IMG/VR virus record: IMGVR_UViG_3300040801_002693
Location: 1-64,000 of that record
Length of the DNA stretch: 64,000 nucleotides
Reading direction: 5' to 3' (one strand)
From: a virus
In this document: piece after piece, positions 49,699 to 55,952 of the stretch
Position numbering within the stretch: position 1 is the first letter of the stretch
How the letters are laid out: each line of letters starts with the position of its first letter
Translations under genes and position numbers: made by a program
The notes under the pieces: generated by a model
Seen by the model: only the letters and a program-made list of their open reading frames with translations
Told to the model about the DNA's origin: nothing
Database searches by the model: none

Positions 49699-50094
49699 AT
49701 GTCAGAGATCGAAAACGAGTACCAAGCTGTGCAAACCGAGTTGCCACTAGAGGTAAGCAACCAGGAACGATTAGGTTATCTGCTGAACAGCATGACCTTT
49801 CCTGATTTGCTGAGCGCCAAACAAGCGATTGAAAGCAAGATTGCTGATGTTGCGGCCAGCGAAAAAGAGAAGCTGGTCGAAACCGCTCAATTTATTTCCG
49901 GGTTCTACGGGGTTAAGCCCGAGGAACTGTTTGTGGCTCCGAAAAAGCGGGCGGCTAAGAAGGAAACGGCGACGATCATGAAGTTCCGCCATCCTGATGA
50001 CCCGGAAAAGGTCTGGAGCGGGAAGGGTCGGAAGCCCGAATGGTTTGTTCAGTTGGCTGAACAAGGTTTGGAGCCGGTCAGTCTGGCGGCTTGA
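49699..50094 (+). CDS. H-NS-family nucleoid-associated protein (131 aa)
   Basis: N-terminal coiled coil. The C-terminal motif KVWSGKGRKPEWF matches the H-NS DNA-binding loop TWTGQGRTPxW. Confidence 0.6.
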   Translation: MSEIENEYQAVQTELPLEVSNQERLGYLLNSMTFPDLLSAKQAIESKIADVAASEKEKLVETAQFISGFYGVKPEELFVAPKKRAAKKETATIMKFRHPDDPEKVWSGKGRKPEWFVQLAEQGLEPVSLAA

Positions 50095-50256
50095 TTTTTA
50101 GGACTCGTCGCTTCCCTTTTCCTTAATTAAGACTGAGCGAAAAGCAGTGGCGAGTTCTACCTAACAAGCGCGGCATCGCTTGAATCGTCCGGCCAGACCC
50201 GATGGGATACTTGACGACGGCACGTAAAGAAGCAGCCGTATCGTGCCTCTGCCTGA

Positions 50257-50283
50257 CAGCCCGGAAAGACGGGTGTTTTTTTC
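50257..50283 (+). terminator. Weak rho-independent terminator (CCCG-gaaaga-CGGG-T7)
   Basis: Short GC stem followed by a T7 run, about 165 nt after the H-NS-like stop. Confidence 0.4.
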
Positions 50284-50304
50284 GTTCATTTCTGAGGGTA
50301 TGTA

Positions 50305-50562
50305 ATGCGAGACCCTGAATCCGAGACCCTAATCCTATCCGGCTGCAAGGCGCTCGAAGGGTGTGAACTCCACGACACCTGCCTGCGCCACCATCACTTT
50401 CTGGAGGCGGTTTACCCCTACCAGGATCGGTTCTCAGCAAATCAGACCTGTCGGACTGAGGACTTCCCGCATTACCTTTTGGATAATCGTGATCCTGAGA
50501 TCGTCGTACAAAACATCATCCGCGCCCTGAATTCTCGACCGGGAGAGACCTTTGAAGATTAA
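50305..50562 (+). CDS. Hypothetical Cys/His-containing protein (85 aa)
   Basis: GAGGG SD; its 3' end overlaps the dnaN start. Confidence 0.4.
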   Translation: MRDPESETLILSGCKALEGCELHDTCLRHHHFLEAVYPYQDRFSANQTCRTEDFPHYLLDNRDPEIVVQNIIRALNSRPGETFED

Positions 50563-51655
50563 AGCCCTACGCAATGAACTGCTAACTCCGATTCAGACGG
50601 TGATTGGTGCCGTCGCCAGCAAGTCCTCGATGACTGCGCTGGAGCATATTCTACTGCGAACGAATGAACAGGTTACGGAGTTCGTCGCTACTGACTTGGA
50701 GGTGGAGATTCGCGCCAGTTCGGAGGCTGTGGTATCGGATGTTGAGGGTGAAATTACCCTGCCCGGAAAGCGCCTGTATGACATCCTGCGGGCGCTCCCG
50801 GATCAAAGCGAAGTCACCCTAACGATCGACGCAGGAAAAGCCGCCGTTAAGAGCGGTCGGAGCCGGTTTGCACTGAATACCTTGCAAGCCGACCTGTTTC
50901 CGCTATCTCTCGATGAAGAATTCTTGACCACTTTCACTGTCCCGCAAAGCCTGTTAAAACATGCGCTGGACTGCACGTCGTTTGCAATGACGCACGATAA
51001 AGACCCGAGAATGATGATTCGGGGCGTACTGTTCGACTGTCTGGAACGGGAACCCTTCCTGCGGCTAGTGGCGACCAACGGGCATCGGTTAGCGGCCTGT
51101 GATCTGCCCGGTGCGGAGATGCACGTAGAAGGCGAAAAGCAGGCCATTCTCCCGAAGAAAGGTTGTGCGGCGATCCAGAAGGCGCTGGAGGATAACGACA
51201 ACCCGGTGCGCGTCATGATCGGGAAGAATCACCTGCGATTGGTGGTCGGGACGACGACGATTACCTCCAAGTTGATTACGGAACGGTTCCCGGATTACCT
51301 TCGGGTGATTCCGCGCCAGCATCCTTATTCGCTGAGTGCTGACCGCGAAGCCTTCCGGGAAGTCCTGCATCGGGTGAGCTTGGGGTTGGATAAAGAGGCG
51401 GGGATCGGCCTGTCGATCAAAGAGGGGAAGTTACGGGCGTTCTCGCTGACCGAAGATACCGAGGATGAATTCGACCTGATCGACCACAGCGGGGATATTG
51501 AGATTGGCTTTAGCCCGTTCTATCTCCAGGATGTGCTGCGCGTACTGGAGGGGGACACGGTGGTGTGTGGGTTCCACGGGACTACGGATTCGTTCCTGAT
51601 TCAGGATGCGAGCAAGGAAGATCAGGTGCATGTAGTGATGTCGAGGCGCTTGTGA
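50552..51655 (+). CDS. dnaN: DNA polymerase III beta sliding clamp (367 aa), TTG start
   Basis: LL..IQTVIGAV...ALEHILL...VATDLEVEI...GEITLPGKRLYDILRALP...RFALNTLQADLFP is a canonical DnaN N-domain pattern, and the length fits three domains. GGGAGAG SD. Confidence 0.85.
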   Translation: MKIKALRNELLTPIQTVIGAVASKSSMTALEHILLRTNEQVTEFVATDLEVEIRASSEAVVSDVEGEITLPGKRLYDILRALPDQSEVTLTIDAGKAAVKSGRSRFALNTLQADLFPLSLDEEFLTTFTVPQSLLKHALDCTSFAMTHDKDPRMMIRGVLFDCLEREPFLRLVATNGHRLAACDLPGAEMHVEGEKQAILPKKGCAAIQKALEDNDNPVRVMIGKNHLRLVVGTTTITSKLITERFPDYLRVIPRQHPYSLSADREAFREVLHRVSLGLDKEAGIGLSIKEGKLRAFSLTEDTEDEFDLIDHSGDIEIGFSPFYLQDVLRVLEGDTVVCGFHGTTDSFLIQDASKEDQVHVVMSRRL

Positions 51656-51913
51656 AAGACCTGCTGTTGATTTTTGCGGTGTTTATCGGGACGTTTGTCT
51701 TTATCATCGGGGGCGCTCTGGCCTTGGGGCGCTCGTTGGGTTGGTTGTTGGGGGTGGGGTGATGCAGAAATACTACTTCGTGCTGGCGGCGCTGGAAATT
51801 AGGGAAATTCCTGCAAATGATGTGATGGCAGATAATCTGCTGTTTCTTTCGGTGGCGTGTCGGATGGAGGAGCTGCGGATGGACTTTTTGGGTTGTCTGG
51901 ATTCGGGGCTGTT

Positions 51914-52153
51914 ATGAACTGCCAGATTCACGAACCACTCGGGCGCTGCTGCTGCAATTGTCGCTGGCAGTTAGCGGCACTCGCACATCCCTGGAATAAA
52001 GGTTTTGCGAAGGGAAGGGTTACAGAAGTGATCGGCTGGCTGTGTACCGAACCGACGTTTCTGGAAGGGGAGACGCCGGGTGCGGTGTTCTCGGATTCAA
52101 AGCATGGATTGTGTGAGATGCATGAGGTTAAAGTAATCGAGGAGACAAAATGA
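51914..52153 (+). CDS. Cys-rich hypothetical protein (79 aa)
   Basis: Start trimmed to the ATG at 51914 (ATGA overlap with a 51-codon upstream ORF). CCCNCRW...C...C. Confidence 0.45.
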   Translation: MNCQIHEPLGRCCCNCRWQLAALAHPWNKGFAKGRVTEVIGWLCTEPTFLEGETPGAVFSDSKHGLCEMHEVKVIEETK

Positions 52154-52440
52154 ACGAGTTAATTTATATCGTTATCGGAAGAACTGGAGAATATTCGGAT
52201 CAAGTAGAATGGATAGAGGGCGCTTATCGCAACGAAGAGAACGCCAAGAATCGCGTGATCGAATTGGATAACCTGATGCGATTATATGGGTATTGCTCAC
52301 TGGAAGATAACTCGATGGAGTATGAAGAACGCGAAAAGTTAATTAAGTTAATGAAAGAAAACCCGAATGGTGATAGCGAGTTTTGTTTTGATTACACAGG
52401 AACGCGCTATCATTATGTATCTGTTTGTGTGAAAGACTAG
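52150..52440 (+). CDS. Hypothetical protein (96 aa)
   Basis: ATGA overlap with the upstream gene. Confidence 0.5.
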   Translation: MNELIYIVIGRTGEYSDQVEWIEGAYRNEENAKNRVIELDNLMRLYGYCSLEDNSMEYEEREKLIKLMKENPNGDSEFCFDYTGTRYHYVSVCVKD

Positions 52441-52448
52441 GAACGAAA

Positions 52449-52721
52449 ATGACTGCTATCGAAAAAGAATTGAAAGACAAAATACTGGATTCCATTACTG
52501 CCGATAAAGAGCGCTTTTTTGAAGCAGATGGAAAAACGTATATGCGCTATGATCGGATTGAGGTCTCCGTAGAGAATGGAGAATTGAGCGTGGCGTTTTA
52601 CTACAAGGACGACCTTCTGTACAGCAACGAAGCGCCTGCGACCGGGGTATCGCGGTTAGATGAACTAGGGAAAGTATATCTGGGTGGACTGTATGGTGGG
52701 ATTGAAATCAAACTGGATTAG
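52449..52721 (+). CDS. Hypothetical protein (90 aa)
   Basis: Start trimmed to the ATG at 52449. Confidence 0.5.
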   Translation: MTAIEKELKDKILDSITADKERFFEADGKTYMRYDRIEVSVENGELSVAFYYKDDLLYSNEAPATGVSRLDELGKVYLGGLYGGIEIKLD

Positions 52722-52729
52722 GAGGGTGA

Positions 52730-52924
52730 ATGCTAAACCCAAAGACCGGCGAGCGGTACATCACCGCCATTAAACTGATCGACATCATCTACGAATTCCC
52801 ATCAAAAAGCCGGATCACATCGAACGCAGTTGGGAGCCTGATGGTGGAATCGGAGGATGGTCGATATATCGGGTACATAAATATTGGGGCTGAAACAGCG
52901 GAGAAATTAGATGACACTCGATGA
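52730..52924 (+). CDS. Hypothetical protein (64 aa)
   Basis: GGAGGG SD. Confidence 0.45.
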   Translation: MLNPKTGERYITAIKLIDIIYEFPSKSRITSNAVGSLMVESEDGRYIGYINIGAETAEKLDDTR

Positions 52925-53108
52925 TTTTATTGATTCACGCCAGCAGCAACTCATTGAGTTTCGTGCGTGGTGTATTCGCAATAACGACGATCAGTGCCGG
53001 GATGAGCCGGACTGGGAAAATGATTTTGTGATTTTTATGGAGGATATACACGAACCAAGCATGTTGATGGGAGAACTTGACCCTGAGACGATGGAGTTTG
53101 TTGAGTGA
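52911..53108 (+). CDS. Hypothetical acidic protein (65 aa)
   Basis: Overlaps the upstream ORF. Confidence 0.45.
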   Translation: MTLDDFIDSRQQQLIEFRAWCIRNNDDQCRDEPDWENDFVIFMEDIHEPSMLMGELDPETMEFVE

Positions 53109-53431
53109 TCATCAACGGTGTAGATGTTGACCCGCGTATTGACCCTCGGGATCGAGACCACGTGTACGGGAAGCCGCCTGCCAAACTCTATCATCCCGAT
53201 ATTCCTGGTTGTAGTAGTGGGGATTGCATTTTCCAGGATAACTCAGGTGGAGCGCAGACTAACGGCGGATGTGCTTGTAGCAAGGAGTTAGCGAGGACGG
53301 TTGAAGGAAGGAAGGCGATCCGGGAAATTCACTGGTTGCGCCATCAATACCAGGCAAGCCATGAAGAACTGCGGCAATTATTCGATGCGTACCGCCTGGG
53401 GGAACTGAACTCGCGTAGGGATGGGTTTTGA
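53105..53431 (+). CDS. Hypothetical protein (108 aa)
   Basis: GTGA overlap with the upstream gene; last gene of the operon. Confidence 0.5.
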   Translation: MIINGVDVDPRIDPRDRDHVYGKPPAKLYHPDIPGCSSGDCIFQDNSGGAQTNGGCACSKELARTVEGRKAIREIHWLRHQYQASHEELRQLFDAYRLGELNSRRDGF

Positions 53432-53459
53432 TGATAGACGCCTTTTTTCAAAAAGGGGG

Positions 53460-53487
53460 TTGACAATACTATTTTGTATGGTAGGGT
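53460..53487 (+). promoter_or_regulatory. Operator-promoter TTGACA-1-TACTATtttgtATGG-TAGGGT
   Basis: Consensus -35 at 53460-53465 preceded by an A/T-rich UP-like tract. Operator at 53467-53483. Extended -10 at 53479-53487. Confidence 0.6.
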
Positions 53488-53493
53488 GTGATG

Positions 53494-53617
53494 GTCGGAT
53501 TGGCAACCGACGATCAATGTCAAAGACCCGTTCTGAGGGGCTTGAAGTAACCAAAGCGATTTGGCATTGAATCGTGAGGTTGTCCGCCAAGACCAAGCTC
53601 CTCAAAACGGGTTTTTT
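53494..53617 (+). ncRNA. Candidate ~124-nt structured small RNA ending in an intrinsic terminator
   Basis: The predicted start site is followed by the hairpin GTCGG-8nt-CCGAC (53494-53511). An 18-bp helix then forms between 53527-53544 and 53594-53611 (one mismatch, one G-U pair), enclosing the hairpin CCAAA-gcga-TTTGG. A T6 run follows at 53612-53617. No ORF. Confidence 0.5.
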
Positions 53618-54013
53618 GCGTCTAGCATCCGACTTTGCTTTGGGGAGACCGTCGATGACCACCGTACCCTGAGCGAGAGCGTTACGGGGGAATCATGCAC
53701 AGCGCAAATGATATGAGTGACCGAAGAAAGTCTTGATCGAGTCTGGATGTATGTTGGGGAAACCCTCGCAGGCACAGAGATCAGGATGGACGTTCGGGGG
53801 CCGAGACCAGCATGGGGCGTGACAGGAGTTGCGCGTAATGAGGCCAGTGGGCAAAACCGTGGGGCTGATGAACTCAGGGTGATGCTTTCTCACTAAAGGC
53901 GTTCTTTTGAATGCCTTTAGGTGAGTAATGTGAGCTTCCCGGAAGCTTCCGTAGCCTAGGGTGATCAACGCTATATAAAACGAAACCAACACTACAGAAA
54001 CTACATACAGAGG

Positions 54014-54042
54014 TTGCTTTCTACTATACAAGATAGTATAAT
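54014..54042 (+). promoter_or_regulatory. Operator-promoter TTGCTT-2-TACTATacaagATAG-TATAAT
   Basis: -35 at 54014-54019, perfectly palindromic operator at 54022-54038, consensus -10 at 54037-54042. Confidence 0.65.
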
Positions 54043-54108
54043 GATTTCCAGTCGCAGATATTGACGACAACAGCGCAGCGGGGCTGTGATCCGCACGAGG
54101 CATTACCA

Positions 54109-54717
54109 ATGGCAACTAAGCCAAAGTCAGTTGATGAAATCGTCTCCCTCAAGCCACTGAACACCAAGCGGCTTCGACTCACTATTCGCGGTATCTCTCC
54201 CCTTATTCAGCATCAGTGGGCTGAAAAGTCTCTGCGTGAAATGCGCGAGAAACATGCTGGTAAGAAGACCAAGGATCGGGATGTTCGTGATCCGCATCAG
54301 GAAGGTATGGATGCGATGTACAAGACGGATGATGGAAATCCGGGTATCCCGTTGCTCGCAATAAAAGCCTCCATGATTAACGCGGCGCATAAGGACATCG
54401 GTATCGAAAAGACCCTGGTGAAAAAGTCCATCTTTATCCTGGGCGGTGGAGCGAACCGGGTGCTGCCGATGGAGTGTTCTGATCCTGTTATCAAGGAGGA
54501 TTATGTTCGGGTGGGAATGGGTAGTACTGATCTTCGGTATCGCCCCTACTTTGATGATTGGCAGTGCGCAATCGACATTGAATACGATGCTGACCTGATG
54601 CGCCCTAATGACATCGTGAATCTGATTAATCGCGCCGGGTTCGGGGTCGGAATTTGCGAATGGCGTCCTGAGAAGGGCGGTGATTTCGGACGGTTTACAG
54701 TGGTTACTGCTGAATAA
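54109..54717 (+). CDS. Conserved-looking hypothetical protein with Gly-rich C-terminal motif (202 aa)
   Basis: Start trimmed to the ATG at 54109 (ACGAGG SD). Contains ISPLIQHQW...PGIPLLAIKASMINAA...YRPYFDDW...AGFGVGICEWRPEKGGDFGRFTVV. The family feels familiar but I cannot name it. Confidence 0.55.
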   Translation: MATKPKSVDEIVSLKPLNTKRLRLTIRGISPLIQHQWAEKSLREMREKHAGKKTKDRDVRDPHQEGMDAMYKTDDGNPGIPLLAIKASMINAAHKDIGIEKTLVKKSIFILGGGANRVLPMECSDPVIKEDYVRVGMGSTDLRYRPYFDDWQCAIDIEYDADLMRPNDIVNLINRAGFGVGICEWRPEKGGDFGRFTVVTAE

Positions 54718-55408
54718 GTTGCATGACAGCCAGGGACGGCTTTTGGCAGGCGAGGTGTGTTAAGTTGCGTTGAGTTATGGTTCGGTGCGGTATGGCAGGC
54801 AGGGCGCGTCAGGGTGATGCGGGTTACGGTAGGTTCTGTTACGGTAAGGCAGGCGAGGCAAAGTGGGGTACGTTCGGTTATGTTATGATCAGTTGGGTTA
54901 CGGTATGGCAGGCGTGGTTTGTTCCGATACGGCAGGGTGTGTTGGGGCATGTTTTGGCAGGTACGGTATGTCCTGGTTCGGTAAGGTAAGTTTGGTTCCG
55001 GTGGGTTGTGGCAGGGTGAGGCAGGCGCGGTTTGGTCGGTCTGTGTAAGTTGTGTCATGGCAGGGTCAGGTTCAGTGGGTTACGGTACGGCAGGCTTAGT
55101 TTGGCGTGTCGGGGTGTGATGGTTAGGGTAAGGCATATCGAGGCGAGGCAGGCGAGGCGTGGTCGGTTAGGGTGAGACATGTTGAGTCTGGGTTGGGTGG
55201 GTTTTGGTAAGTTCCGTTACGGTATGGCAGGCAGGGTGAGGCGGGGTGCGGTAATTGCGGTTTGGTTTGGCGCGGTCAGATGGGGTGAGGCAGGCGAGGC
55301 ATGATGGGGTCGGGTAGGGTACGGTCGGTTCGGTTGAGGCGTGGTTTGGCAGGCGAGGTTTGGAAGTACGAGGCAGGTCAGGGATTACCAAGTCATTTGG
55401 AGAGTGTT
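54718..55408. repeat. G+T-rich, C-poor non-coding array with 17 copies of GGCAGG
   Basis: GGCAGG occurs at 54745, 54794, 54798, 54848, 54907, 54931, 54956, 55010, 55020, 55059, 55089, 55147, 55226, 55230, 55289, 55348 and 55372. GGCAGGCGAGG occurs five times and CGGTATGGCAGGC three times. Spacing is irregular. Confidence 0.8.
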
Positions 55409-55924
55409 ATGAAATATGTCTGGAAGAATTCGTATGGTCATGAAGTCCCTGCTGAGGATGCTGCCGATGAACTGGAGCGTATTCGTTTAGAGAACGAAGG
55501 CAAACTGATTCCAGTGAATGTGGTAGAAGCTTCCGAACCGAAAGAGGCTGTACTGCATCCGTGCTTTGAATGGCGGAACAGCGTAGCGGCGAATCGGTAT
55601 CGTGAGTATCAGGCTCGCAACCTGATTCGTGGAATTCGGATTATCAAGGACGACGATCAGCAGATTCCGCAGTTTGCGAATGTACGAATCACCAACGAAC
55701 AGACGGGTAAGAACGAGTCGTTCTATCAGAACACAACGGTACTGATTAAGCGCCCGGATGAACTGATGTCGGCGATTTCTCTCTTGCAAACCAAGTTGTC
55801 GGCGATCGAGAACTCCATTCAGGAGATCGTGCATCTGGCAAAGGAACACCAAGACGAGGATCGTGTGAGTCGATTGGTGATTGCTGCACGAGCTATCGAA
55901 ACCGCCCGTGCGGCGTTGCAGTAA
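55409..55924 (+). CDS. Conserved-looking hypothetical phage protein (171 aa)
   Basis: ATG at 55409 behind a GGAG SD. The LHPCFEWRNSVAANRYREYQARNLIRGIRI motif is recalled from phage proteins of unknown role. Confidence 0.55.
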   Translation: MKYVWKNSYGHEVPAEDAADELERIRLENEGKLIPVNVVEASEPKEAVLHPCFEWRNSVAANRYREYQARNLIRGIRIIKDDDQQIPQFANVRITNEQTGKNESFYQNTTVLIKRPDELMSAISLLQTKLSAIENSIQEIVHLAKEHQDEDRVSRLVIAARAIETARAALQ

Positions 55925-55928
55925 TCCT

Positions 55929-55952
55929 AAAGCCCCTTCTCAGGGGCTTTTT
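55929..55952. terminator. Terminator AGCCCCT-tctc-AGGGGCT-TTTT at a convergent junction
   Basis: 7-bp stem with a T-run on the plus strand and an A-run upstream. Lies between the 55924 (+) and 55951 (-) gene ends. Confidence 0.7.

Noticed and set aside
50095-50304. SRP/4.5S-like or tRNA-like RNA downstream of the H-NS-like gene (AAGAAGCAGCC and CGCTTGAATCG segments)
   Set aside because: Only short, partial resemblance to the SRP domain IV motif and to a T-loop. No consistent secondary structure could be drawn. Treated as a 3' UTR ending at a weak terminator.
53378-54115. Minus-strand ORFs of 94 and 140 aa in the 53.4-54.1 kb non-coding block
   Set aside because: No SD. The composition looks random (Ser/Leu/His/Pro-rich), and they run antisense through two predicted plus-strand promoters and the sRNA terminator.
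54546-55391. ORFs of 170, 74, 70 and 61 aa across the GGCAGG array, and the 36-codon N-terminal extension of the 55301 ORF
   Set aside because: Low-complexity products generated by the repeat array. The downstream gene has a proper GGAG SD and ATG at 55409.
54718-55408. CRISPR array
   Set aside because: The repeated units are short (6-16 nt), variable and irregularly spaced (about 20-90 bp). There is no constant 24-40-nt repeat with unique spacers, and no cas genes.
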